DNA of 59,210 nt from Candidatus Thorarchaeota archaeon (GTDB lineage: Archaea; Asgardarchaeota; Thorarchaeia; Thorarchaeales; Thorarchaeaceae). The DNA is taken from contig JBHLRP010000015.1 of assembly GCA_048882485.1 (NCBI GenBank), forward strand, positions 8,327-67,536. Reading direction: 5' to 3'. The position numbers and the translations under genes are program-made. The notes beneath the pieces are model-generated. The model did not search any database. It was given only the letters and a program-made list of their open reading frames with translations, and had not been told where the DNA came from. This document shows positions 10,025-19,009 of the stretch, one piece after another (the stretch's first letter is position 1; each line of letters opens with the position of its first letter).

Positions 10025-11116
10025 CTACATAGGTTTTCCTTTCCAGTAGTTTCTCCTTTGCAGGTACTTGCCCAGATAGACAATACCTAGCATCACTGGC
10101 ACTTCCCAAAACAATCCCATTGTAGTCCCTAACGCGGCAATGGATCCAACTCCATAGATCGCGATTACCGTCGCTATAGCAATCTCGAAATGACTCGAAG
10201 AGCCAATGATGACTGTAATCACACCCTCTCGGTATGCGAGGTCTGCCATTCGAGTCACTAGTAGGTTGTAACCAACTACTATAGCAAATCCGATCAAGAG
10301 CGGAACTGACACAAGAACTAGGAGATCGGGATTCTCCAGCATGACTCTCCCATTCAAGGAGAAAAGCACCACAAGAGTGGTCAAGAGAGCTAGTAATGCC
10401 AACTTGCCCACAGCTGGGCGATATTTCTGATTGAACCACTCAATGCCTTTCCAGGGTACAAGTGATTTCCTTGTAATGATTCCGAGCACCAAGGGTATTC
10501 CTATGAATACAAGTACTGAAACGAACAACGCCCATCGATCAATAGGTATGGCTGAAATACCTGTGAGTAGTGCGACTATGGGTGCATAGAGGACTATGAT
10601 TGTGGCTGTGTTCAAGGTCGTATTGACAACATTTTGCTCCTGATTTCCTTCAGCCAGATACCCCCACACCAGAACCATGGCTGTGCAGGGACTTGACGAA
10701 AGCAGGATTATAGCTACTATCAGTTGTGCGTTTCCAGCCAGAAAGAAGTTCGCAAGACCAAATCCAACTATGGGGGCAATAATCCAATTCGAAAACAGTG
10801 TGAGTATGATTGGCTTCGGATTTGTGCTGAGCTATTTCAACTCGGACGCTTGGATGTTGAGCATTGCTGGATACATCATAAGAAAAAGACAAATTCCAAT
10901 TGGCACTGATATATTGCCAATCTTCCAAGAATCAATTGCTTCGCCTATGCCTGGTATGGTCAATGAAAGAAGAATTCCAGCGATCATACAGATTGCAACC
11001 CAAAGCGGGAGGTATTTCTCAAAGGTCCCAAGTTCTCTCTCCGACTCCATCAGCTTTTCGGCTGTTGTATGAGGGGACGACTCATGTTGATTGGCCTTGT
11101 TCATTTTCCGCACCAA
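10025..11116 (-). pseudogene. acr3: Acr3 arsenite efflux transporter interrupted by one in-frame TAG at 10832-10834
   Basis: ORFs 10832..11116 and 10025..10678 are in the same frame. Read-through gives FEKYLPLWV...MMYPAM...ELK*LSTNPKP...NWIIAP...PCTAMVLVW...SHFEIAIA...EVPVML, i.e. a full-length Acr3. Confidence 0.88.
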
Positions 11117-11178
11117 TACATGTGTACTATTTTCATCGAATAATCTCGATATTTAAATGAAATGGAGTCGACTGTCAT

Positions 11179-11200
11179 AAACTGAAAGGACGCTCAGCAG
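11179..11200 (+). repeat. Dispersed repeat, core only
   Basis: AAACTGAAAGGACGCTCAGCAG. Confidence 0.55.
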
Positions 11201-11261
11201 TTCCACACATAGAAGCGTAAATGATGAATCATATTAGTCCGCTTCATGATTTTAATCCAAA

Positions 11262-11897
11262 ATGGGAGAGTTAATTGTTGCTATGAAGCTTAACAAATCC
11301 GTGATTGGTCCAATTTCCTTGCTTATCGGACTCATAGTCTATTATCTACTCTCCATAATGGCCGTCTACAACTACCCTGGAGGCTTTGATATCAACAATG
11401 ACCTATGGACACATCTCAGATGGTTTGAATATAATCCGGATGGTGCATTGTTCTTCAGAATAGGCAATGTGATCTATGCAGCTACACTGATGTTCTTCTT
11501 TCTAGGACTTAGTGGACAGATTGCAGTAGCAGCAGAGAAGAGATTTTCAAAATACCTCATTCAGACAATTGGCATCTCTATTTCTGTACTGATGATAATT
11601 GGTGAAATCCTATCTGACCAAGCTATAATATTCGTTATTACATCAGGAGTAAGTCTCTTACTGACAACTATCATACTGATTGGATTTCCAATCCTGTTGT
11701 ATGATCAAAAAGGGTTTTGGAAAGTTTCTATACTACTCATCATCATTAGTATAGGGTTGAGCTCATACTTGCTGTATATGGGAGCTATCGACGCGCCTAT
11801 TAGAGAGTTCAGAATTGTTGATTTATTGGCAACTGCTTTCAATCAAGCATCAATATTCACGATTGCATCGAACATGGCCAAGATGCAAACCAACTGA
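11262..11897 (+). CDS. Multi-pass membrane protein (DUF998-like)
   Basis: About 6 hydrophobic helices; YPGGF...W..L...YNPDGA.FF pattern. Alternative start ATG 11283. Confidence 0.7.
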   Translation: MGELIVAMKLNKSVIGPISLLIGLIVYYLLSIMAVYNYPGGFDINNDLWTHLRWFEYNPDGALFFRIGNVIYAATLMFFFLGLSGQIAVAAEKRFSKYLIQTIGISISVLMIIGEILSDQAIIFVITSGVSLLLTTIILIGFPILLYDQKGFWKVSILLIIISIGLSSYLLYMGAIDAPIREFRIVDLLATAFNQASIFTIASNMAKMQTN

Positions 11898-11920
11898 AAC
11901 TTGCAAAAATGCCAGACATC

Positions 11921-12008
11921 AAAATGAAAAAGTTGCACAACAGTGTGAGAAGGCCATTTCCCCAATTGCTCGATCTCACCGCCGCCTCTACTTCTCTCTA
12001 CCTTAGAA
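11921..12008 (+). repeat. Dispersed repeat, full type A
   Basis: Core + GTGAGAAGGCCATTTCCCCAATTGCTCGATCTCAC + CGCCGCCTCTACTTCTCTCTACCTTAGAA. Confidence 0.9.
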
Positions 12009-12055
12009 TTGATGTCCACGGTTTTCGTGACACGGAGTGCATGAGAAGATTTTTA

Positions 12056-12093
12056 TGAATAATGATTCATGATTTTTATTGAATCATGATTCA
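12056..12093. promoter_or_regulatory. Tandem palindromic operator pair TGAAT(A/C)ATGATTCA
   Basis: TGAATAATGATTCA at 12056-12069 and the perfect palindrome TGAATCATGATTCA at 12080-12093, upstream of cdhA. Confidence 0.55.
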
Positions 12094-12111
12094 CTAATTT
12101 GGTGAGGCGTA

Positions 12112-12297
12112 TTGGAGCGAATTCCTTTGACAGCGTCCATACTTGCAGAGGGCAATTCAGGAAATCTTGTGACTGAAAGAAGAGACCTGACTCAGGAATT
12201 CGACAAGGAACATGATAAGCAGAGGGCCATCATCGATGGGGATTCGAGTATTGGTTGCCCTGTCATTGCCATAGTTAGGGGTAGCCGGGGGGACTAG
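12112..12297 (+). pseudogene. Fragment of a MinD-like P-loop ATPase with ferredoxin insert (COG1149 type)
   Basis: EGNSGNLVTE...IIDGDSSIGCPVIA resembles the family motif GE.NSGKLV...IIDG.PGIGCPVIAS. Only an internal piece survives. Confidence 0.6.
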
Positions 12298-12361
12298 CGG
12301 TGCTGTATGCCACTGCCAAAGGAATCAATGCAATTGCAAAAAGAACAGGAATTGTACAAGT

Positions 12362-14704
12362 ATGAAAAAGAAAGCCTACTTCAAAGCTGATGAGGCTAGG
12401 ACCGCTTTAGGTATCTTCAAAGGTCTTGAGGTCCAAATCGGTCAGATCGTTGATGACGAATGGGATGAGCAAATGGGCCCAACCCCAATGCCAGGTCCAA
12501 CCGGACTCCGTTCTTGGGACCACCAACTCTTGTCAAAATACCAACCATCCTACATGCCCTATTGTCAGGTCTGTTGCCTATGTACTTTTGGCAAATGTGA
12601 CCTCTCTGGAGACAAACGAGGCGCTTGTGGGATTGACTTGAAAGGGCAACAGGCAAGGATTGTTCTTGCAGCAGCCAATATAGGCAATGCAGCACACTTG
12701 GCTCATGCGAGACACTTGGTTGACCACTTAATTGATGAATTTGGTCCCCAGACCAATCTCATTCAAGGGCCTGGCACTGAGATACATGCACCTGTTTCAC
12801 GATTGGCAACTGGAATGCGACCTAGAACTCTCGAAGATGCAAGCATTATCCTTGACTATTGCGAAAGTCAACTGGCCCACACTCTCTCGGCAGTACATAC
12901 TGGGCAAGAGGGAAGCTGGTTGGACTTCGAGAGTAAGGTTCTCCATGTTGGTATGATTGATCAAATAAGCATGGAGATTGCAGACCTTGTTCAGATTGCA
13001 ACTTTGGATTTTCCGAAAGCCGATCCAGAAGCACCACTTGTGGACTCTGGCATGGGAATGATGGATACCAATAAGGCAATCATTCTGACCATTGGCCATA
13101 ACATTGTACCAGCAGCATCGATAACTGACTACATTACTGAGAAAAAACTTGGAGGGCAAGTTGAGGTAGGCGGGATGTGCTGCACCGCTTGGGACATCAC
13201 ACGACGTGATCCAAGCGCCAAGGTTGTTGGGCCAATCTCATGGCAGCTTAGATACATACGAAGCGGGAAGGCAGATGTAGTGGTAGTTGACGAACAATGT
13301 GTCAGGACTGATGTTGTCAGTGAGGCTCAAAAAGTGAAAGCGCCAGTCATTTCGACCAGTGACAAGGCTGTTATGGGACTGCCTGACAGATCTGGCGACT
13401 CAATTGACTCTATTGTGGAAGAACTTGTATCAGGGAAGATACCCGGTGCATATATCCATGACCGCCATAAGGTCGGAGCGGTGGCGACCAAAGTAGCCCT
13501 CGCTATAATGCCAAAGAGGAGGAAGATGAAATTCTTCCCAACAAAGAAGCAAATCCAGAGGATGGCGCAAGATTGCAGAAAATGCAGCGAATGCATTCGG
13601 TCATGTCCAAATAACCAGCCAATCATGGAAGCTGTGCTGGCGGCGCAGACAGGGAACTTCGAACCGCTACGTGATGTCTATCGTAACTGCATTGGATGTG
13701 CACGGTGCGAATCTGCTTGTCCCAATGGCTATGATTTGCACAGTTGGATGGTTGTTGCAGCAGAAAAAGACTGCAAGAATGAGATTTACAAGCTTCGAAC
13801 AGGCAGAGGCGCAATTCAGGACACTGAGATTCGTAGTGTTGGGCAACCCATCGTCTTTGGTGAGATACCTGGAGTAATTGCGCATGTTGGCTGCGCCAAC
13901 TATCCAGGCGGAGGAGAGGCCATTCACGAAATGGCTGAGGAGTTTGCAAAGCGAAGATACATCATATTGACATCTGGATGCGCAGCGATGTCAGCAGGCT
14001 CTGTAAGAGATGAGAACGGACAATCAATCTATGAGCGACGTGGTGGCGAATTTGATGCCGGTTGCGTAATCAATGTCGGCTCGTGCGTTTCCAACCCCCA
14101 TATCGCTGGTGCTGCAATCAAGATTGCTGCTATTTTTGCCAAGAGGAACTTACGAGGCAACTATGCAGAGATTGCCGACTATATCCACAATCGTGTAGGT
14201 GCAGTGGGGATATCTTGGGGTGCCATGTCACAAAAGGCTGCATCAATTGCTGCAGGATTCTGGAGACTCGGTGTTCCTGTGATTGTAGGACCACATGGAT
14301 CCAAATATCGCAGGATGCTACTTGGCAAAGCAGAGGAGGAGCGGGCTTGGACTGTCTATGATGCGCGCACTGGAGAACGCGTAGTAACTGCACCGGGTCC
14401 TGAACATCTATTCTATGCCGCTGAAACTGTCGCAGAAGCCAATATGATGACAGCAAAGCTCTGTATTAGGCCCAATGACACTGGTAAAGGACGATCCATC
14501 AAACTGAGCCACTATATTGACATCCACGAGAATTCGTATGGCTTCTTCCCGGAGGATGTTTGGAGGTACATCCGTCGCGAATCGGATATTCCAATCACAT
14601 TGAAGGACAAGATTCTGGCTCAGATGAAGGAGAACAAGTGGAAGGAAAGGACAATTCCGGATCCAACGCTTCTCAAGGAGCTAGTCATGGGAAGTGGCAA
14701 ATAG
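12362..14704 (+). CDS. cdhA: CO dehydrogenase (ACDS complex) subunit alpha
   Basis: MGPTP.P, CC.CTFGKCDL...GACGI, C-cluster ligand motifs GHN/GMCCT/DEQC/GCANY/SGC/GSCVSN, two ferredoxin motifs, C-terminal IPDPT. Confidence 0.97.
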   Translation: MKKKAYFKADEARTALGIFKGLEVQIGQIVDDEWDEQMGPTPMPGPTGLRSWDHQLLSKYQPSYMPYCQVCCLCTFGKCDLSGDKRGACGIDLKGQQARIVLAAANIGNAAHLAHARHLVDHLIDEFGPQTNLIQGPGTEIHAPVSRLATGMRPRTLEDASIILDYCESQLAHTLSAVHTGQEGSWLDFESKVLHVGMIDQISMEIADLVQIATLDFPKADPEAPLVDSGMGMMDTNKAIILTIGHNIVPAASITDYITEKKLGGQVEVGGMCCTAWDITRRDPSAKVVGPISWQLRYIRSGKADVVVVDEQCVRTDVVSEAQKVKAPVISTSDKAVMGLPDRSGDSIDSIVEELVSGKIPGAYIHDRHKVGAVATKVALAIMPKRRKMKFFPTKKQIQRMAQDCRKCSECIRSCPNNQPIMEAVLAAQTGNFEPLRDVYRNCIGCARCESACPNGYDLHSWMVVAAEKDCKNEIYKLRTGRGAIQDTEIRSVGQPIVFGEIPGVIAHVGCANYPGGGEAIHEMAEEFAKRRYIILTSGCAAMSAGSVRDENGQSIYERRGGEFDAGCVINVGSCVSNPHIAGAAIKIAAIFAKRNLRGNYAEIADYIHNRVGAVGISWGAMSQKAASIAAGFWRLGVPVIVGPHGSKYRRMLLGKAEEERAWTVYDARTGERVVTAPGPEHLFYAAETVAEANMMTAKLCIRPNDTGKGRSIKLSHYIDIHENSYGFFPEDVWRYIRRESDIPITLKDKILAQMKENKWKERTIPDPTLLKELVMGSGK

Positions 14705-14709
14705 TGGTG

Positions 14710-15261
14710 ATGAGACCAGTACCCTGGCAGACAGGGGAGATTTGTGGCCCTGATTGTGCAAAGTCACTCAACAAAGCCGCTCAACTCAAAAGAACCTTCA
14801 CAAAATCAAAGAGACCCCTATTGATAGTGGGATCAGATGCAGTTAACATGACACATGTGGAGGGTGACATGATAGACTATGCAATAGCCCTTTCAAAGGC
14901 GGCAAAGATACCTGTTGTTGCGACTGGAGGCGCAATCAAGACCTTTATGGAGAAGGGTTTTGAGGGCTGCAAATCAATGGGTGCAATGGAATTAGCAAAC
15001 TCACTTCAGGATGAATCGTGGCCAGGCCCCCATGAAAGAGGCCCTCACGATTTGATTTTGGTCTATGGCATCCCGTACTACATGGAATGGACGCTGCTAT
15101 CTGCAGTCATGAATTTTGGTGCCCATCTGACAAAGGTTTCTCTGGGGCGCTATTATCAACCACATGCAGATTGGTCATTCCCGAACATGAAAGAGCAGCA
15201 GTGGCACGAGATTCTGGATGAAATTCTGGAGTTTGTGGGAGGAGGGCGGACCAAATCATAG
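14710..15261 (+). CDS. cdhB: CO dehydrogenase (ACDS complex) subunit epsilon
   Basis: PWQTGEI.GP, KRPLLIVG, IPVVAT, L.D..W.G, GIPYY, YYQPHADWSFPN. Follows cdhA directly. Confidence 0.92.
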   Translation: MRPVPWQTGEICGPDCAKSLNKAAQLKRTFTKSKRPLLIVGSDAVNMTHVEGDMIDYAIALSKAAKIPVVATGGAIKTFMEKGFEGCKSMGAMELANSLQDESWPGPHERGPHDLILVYGIPYYMEWTLLSAVMNFGAHLTKVSLGRYYQPHADWSFPNMKEQQWHEILDEILEFVGGGRTKS

Positions 15262-15293
15262 AGATTTCGATTAGAATTTACTGGAGATGATAC

Positions 15294-15518
15294 ATGATGC
15301 GATTGGCTGTTCTAATTCAAGCTGCTGGAAAGGAAATATGGGAAGCCTGCCAAGAAATTGAGAAGATTGAGGGTGTTAAGACTGTCCTAGTCGTAATCGG
15401 GACATTTGATGCAATTGCATACGCAGAACTACCCTCGACGAAAGGGCTACGACATCTCCTAGACAGCATCCACAGAACAGAGGGAATCATTAGGACTGAA
15501 ACCTGTATAGCAATATGA
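15294..15518 (+). CDS. Stand-alone Lrp/AsnC ligand-binding (RAM) domain protein
   Basis: AVLIQ...GKE......IEGV....V.G.FDAI...I....GI.RTET.I pattern, 74 aa. Confidence 0.85.
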   Translation: MMRLAVLIQAAGKEIWEACQEIEKIEGVKTVLVVIGTFDAIAYAELPSTKGLRHLLDSIHRTEGIIRTETCIAI

Positions 15519-15613
15519 CTGAAGGATAGAGAATTATCATTTCGCTTTGGAAATGATTGGACGAAAATCTCCAAGACCTAGCCAAATATGAGATCAATTC
15601 ATAATTGAAGCAT

Positions 15614-15694
15614 AAGATGATCAAAGGTGCACAGGAATGCGGGATAGGTAATCCCCAAAAACACTCTAGCGCCGCCACCTCTGCTTCCCTGCCC
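15614..15694 (+). repeat. Dispersed repeat, degenerate type A
   Basis: AAGATGATCAAAGGTGCACAGGAATG...ATCCCCAAAAACACTCTAGCGCCGCCACCTCTGCTTC. Confidence 0.65.
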
Positions 15695-15805
15695 TGAGGC
15701 GATTCTCACCACAATACATCCCAACAGGTTATTTTGCAGACCACTTGCAGATTGAGGCAATAGAGATTCAGTCCACCTATGAGATGCTCAAGAATGCTTC
15801 AATAA

Positions 15806-15847
15806 TTTCTTTGGAGAAAGAAAAACAGAAGGGAGCGTGTGCTCCCT
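15806..15847 (-). terminator. Hairpin plus U-rich terminator after the mtd-fusion gene
   Basis: AGGGAGC-GTGT-GCTCCCT inverted repeat followed on the minus strand by TCTGTTTTTCTTT. Confidence 0.55.
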
Positions 15848-17543
15848 ACTTTGCCTTCACAAGTTGCTCAGGCGGATGGATTTTTCCTGTGAGTACCAAC
15901 TCTTTCAAGATAGCGCGCGCCATTTCGAGTGCAGAGGCATCGTCATAGATTCCCTTTCCCTTCTCGCGTGCCTCCGTGAGAATATCTCTTTGAACCTTGA
16001 GCTTAAGGTCGCCAACGGCTAATGGTCCAATACCGAATTTGCCAGGGGCTAATTCCCTCAAGTCGTCAGATGGCTTTAGGTTTGCAATACCAGGTGGAGG
16101 AACGGCATTTGCATCGAGTAGTATCTGGTTGGCTGGCACATTCTCAAGAAGGTCTTTGGTCACGAGTTGAATGCCTGGAGCGCCAGTCACAAAGACAAGT
16201 GTTGCTTTCTCCAATGCAGCTTGTGTTTCTTCAGGTGTTGAGGCCCGAATGCCCCTAATCTTGAATTCGTCCGTCGACAAGCGTTTTGCTACCTCTCTAG
16301 CGCGGTCGGCACTTCTTGAGGTCAGGGTGGTCTTTGCACCTGCAGCTCCGCATAGCGCGGCAACGCTTTCACCTACAGGTCCAGTGCCTGCGAGTACGAG
16401 CACTTTCACCTTGCTGAGTGATTTCACGCCCATGGCTGGAAGGGAGGCTTCCGCCTTTGCAACCAAAGCAGCCGATGTGGTAAATGCTCCATGAGGATCA
16501 ACGACTACTGCTGTCGTAAATGGCTTGACCATAGCCTCTTTCACATCTTTGGCCATCTTCCGAGCAGTAGGCACGTCACGTCCTCCCAGGAAGAAACTCG
16601 TTCGCTTCACGCCCTTGACACCCCTGGAAAAGATAGCATCCTGAACAAGCGTTGTAACGTTGTCAGCTGAAACTCTTGGATAAGGCACCACGACATCAAA
16701 ACCAGCGTCATACGCAACGCATATGTCAAAGGGACTGGCGTATTCATCCGCCTCTAAGAAAAACAGGATGTTCTGCATCTTAGTCTTAGGACGCTTTACG
16801 ACAGGCACCATTTTCACAGAGGAAATCCCTGTCAGTTCGGTGATGCCTTTCACCTTACCCCCAGGGGCCTCTGAAGCTACGCTCTTGAATGATATGGGTA
16901 TGACCTCTACGTTGAGGGTTTCCATAAGTTCTCTTAGGCCTTGGAAGTGTTGCGGACTGCAGAGATGTAGCGCCTTGACTTTCTTCTTATTGAGAGAATC
17001 GGCTTCCTTGAGAATGCCCATCGCAATCCAGCTCTCACGGATTCCAAACTCGATGTCGCGGATCTCATCCTCAAGCTGATTCTGTAGATACTGACCATAC
17101 GTAGCAAGCTGGTCGATCTGATGGACCGTTTCAGAGTCTTCATCACGTTCAGAGAGAGACTCTATGGCTTCGAAAATCTCATTTCTTCGGTCAATCTTTT
17201 GCTCGAGACTATGAGCCAAGTAGGAACGAGCGAACTCATCCATGTCGACAGCCCTATAGGGGACTCCTAGCTTGGCGAGTGTTTCCACGAGTGGATTCAT
17301 CTCTAGAAACTCTTTTGTAGAACGCATCCCCATCTCATCTGTGACAAAGTCAGGTTCCTCCTTCTCGGCCAATGATTTTATCATTTCACAATAAGCCATT
17401 GAGGCGCGCTGAATGAATCTTATTCCAGACTCTGATTCCTTCAACGGAGAAGAGGTCACCCACCATGGTTCATCGTAGGCTTTCTGCACCAACAGTAGGC
17501 GAAGGCTCTTCCCTTTCAGTGGAGTAAGTTCAAGTGTTTCCAA
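15846..17543 (-). CDS. NAD(P)-dependent methylene-H4MPT dehydrogenase (MtdA/MtdB family) fused to an uncharacterised N-terminal domain
   Basis: The C-terminal ~310 aa carry SPFD..VAYDAG.D, LVQDAIFSRG, FLGG, DP.GA.TT.AA.V, GTGPVG, D.NAVPP.GI, GIGPLAVG.LK. The extra ~250 aa at the N-terminus are unassigned. Confidence 0.85.
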   Translation of the reverse strand: METLELTPLKGKSLRLLLVQKAYDEPWWVTSSPLKESESGIRFIQRASMAYCEMIKSLAEKEEPDFVTDEMGMRSTKEFLEMNPLVETLAKLGVPYRAVDMDEFARSYLAHSLEQKIDRRNEIFEAIESLSERDEDSETVHQIDQLATYGQYLQNQLEDEIRDIEFGIRESWIAMGILKEADSLNKKKVKALHLCSPQHFQGLRELMETLNVEVIPISFKSVASEAPGGKVKGITELTGISSVKMVPVVKRPKTKMQNILFFLEADEYASPFDICVAYDAGFDVVVPYPRVSADNVTTLVQDAIFSRGVKGVKRTSFFLGGRDVPTARKMAKDVKEAMVKPFTTAVVVDPHGAFTTSAALVAKAEASLPAMGVKSLSKVKVLVLAGTGPVGESVAALCGAAGAKTTLTSRSADRAREVAKRLSTDEFKIRGIRASTPEETQAALEKATLVFVTGAPGIQLVTKDLLENVPANQILLDANAVPPPGIANLKPSDDLRELAPGKFGIGPLAVGDLKLKVQRDILTEAREKGKGIYDDASALEMARAILKELVLTGKIHPPEQLVKAK

Positions 17544-17627
17544 CTTTCGTATCTCCTTATATTTCGCTGAGAGGTTAGAAGCAAGGAACCAACTAAAGGA
17601 CTATGAATACTCATTTTTCTGGAAACC

Positions 17628-17647
17628 ATGACAACAATATTTGTCAT
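17628..17647. promoter_or_regulatory. Palindromic operator ATGACAA-N6-TTGTCAT upstream of the mtd fusion
   Basis: Perfect 7-6-7 inverted repeat; near-identical site at 22393-22412. Confidence 0.6.
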
Positions 17648-17674
17648 TGCGACTAGTCACATACCACGCAAAGG

Positions 17675-19009
17675 TCATTTCTGAGAGTGACGGGTCTTCG
17701 TCTGTGAGTGTGTAGCACATGACACACAAGGGTCAAAACAGCGTATAATCATCTTGGCATAATTGATGATTCTATCATCTGACCATCCCAATTCACTGCA
17801 TTCTCTAGTAGCTTTGGTCAGCAAATGGACCATGGCAGCAGCATTCAGTTCTGTCGGAGTACAAATGTCAATATCGTTCACAAGCCCACTTGAACTGACT
17901 TCAAGCCGATAAAGCAGAGTTCCTCTGGAATTTTCAACGCACCCCCCACCTATGCCATCAATTGGGTCCCAGGTAGCTACTGTGTCCTCATCTGGTTTCC
18001 ATATGTTGTCAAGAAGATGGAGTGCCCTGAGAGTACAGAACTCCATTTCATCTAGTCTAAGCAAACCGGCATTGAACACATTCGGACCATCTCTGACGAT
18101 GCCTTCTTTCTGACCTGACAGATTCTGAATCGCAGCTAATCTTGCATGCGGACCAGTCAACAAGGGACTACTGGGTTCTTCCTTACAGCTATAGATGATG
18201 CGAGTTGGTGCCTCTGATTTTCCTTGAATTTTCAAGTGGGTAGGATAGACAGAAGAGGAGAAAGCGCAAACGAGGGAATCAGATTGGATAATTGAAACTT
18301 CATCTGTGCCTGAAAATCGATGTCCCCTTGTATCAAAGCAACTCACAAACAATGGTGATTCGAGATAAAACGACAGGATATCATCCTGTATTTCGTTGAG
18401 GATTGATTTGTAGAAATCCTTTGCCCATTTGATTCCAGCTAATCCAAGCTGCAAAGAGCTTCGCATCTCCTTTTGCTCTTCATCTGTTATGTTGCGAAGA
18501 AAGCCGCCTAGTGCTATTGCAGGCGCCAGGTTGGCATCGCCGGCTATTATATCGATCATCTCTTGAGCACTTCGGTAGAGATTCATTCCCTGAGAGAGAA
18601 GACGCTGCTGAATCCTTCCTTTTCCCAGTGTATCCTGTCTGGAGAGTGTTTCTGTCAAGCTAAGCAGATCGGGGGATGTACAGAAGAATACACTATATGC
18701 GTGTGAACGGATAATTTCACCCAGGATGGCAAGTTCTCGAAGTGTTTCAGCTAGCGGTGGCACAGAAATACTACTCGCCATTTCTATGGCCTTAACAGCG
18801 GCGATTCTATGTGAAACAGGACATGTCCCACAGATTCGTGCAACTAGCCTGGGCAAGTCTGCAATTCGCTGACCACGGAGAATCTGAACGAAATCCCTGA
18901 ATGTTTTCATTCGATATGTCAGATTAAGTTCGCCTCGAGCAGGGTGCCGAATCAACAGCTCACTTGGGCCGCCAACCTTGGTGAAGGGCTTTGACAACGG
19001 TATCTTCAT
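17675..19009 (-). CDS. mvhA: Group 3 [NiFe]-hydrogenase large subunit (MvhA-like, divergent)
   Basis: L1 RICGTCPVSH and L2 FDPCVSCATH plus a C-terminal extension. RVEG/RGFE motifs altered to KVGG/RDFV. Confidence 0.85.
   Translation of the reverse strand: MKIPLSKPFTKVGGPSELLIRHPARGELNLTYRMKTFRDFVQILRGQRIADLPRLVARICGTCPVSHRIAAVKAIEMASSISVPPLAETLRELAILGEIIRSHAYSVFFCTSPDLLSLTETLSRQDTLGKGRIQQRLLSQGMNLYRSAQEMIDIIAGDANLAPAIALGGFLRNITDEEQKEMRSSLQLGLAGIKWAKDFYKSILNEIQDDILSFYLESPLFVSCFDTRGHRFSGTDEVSIIQSDSLVCAFSSSVYPTHLKIQGKSEAPTRIIYSCKEEPSSPLLTGPHARLAAIQNLSGQKEGIVRDGPNVFNAGLLRLDEMEFCTLRALHLLDNIWKPDEDTVATWDPIDGIGGGCVENSRGTLLYRLEVSSSGLVNDIDICTPTELNAAAMVHLLTKATRECSELGWSDDRIINYAKMIIRCFDPCVSCATHSQTKTRHSQK

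Noticed and set aside
14560-14709. N-terminal extension of cdhB from TTG 14560
   Set aside because: Overlaps cdhA by 145 bp; family similarity starts at ATG 14710.
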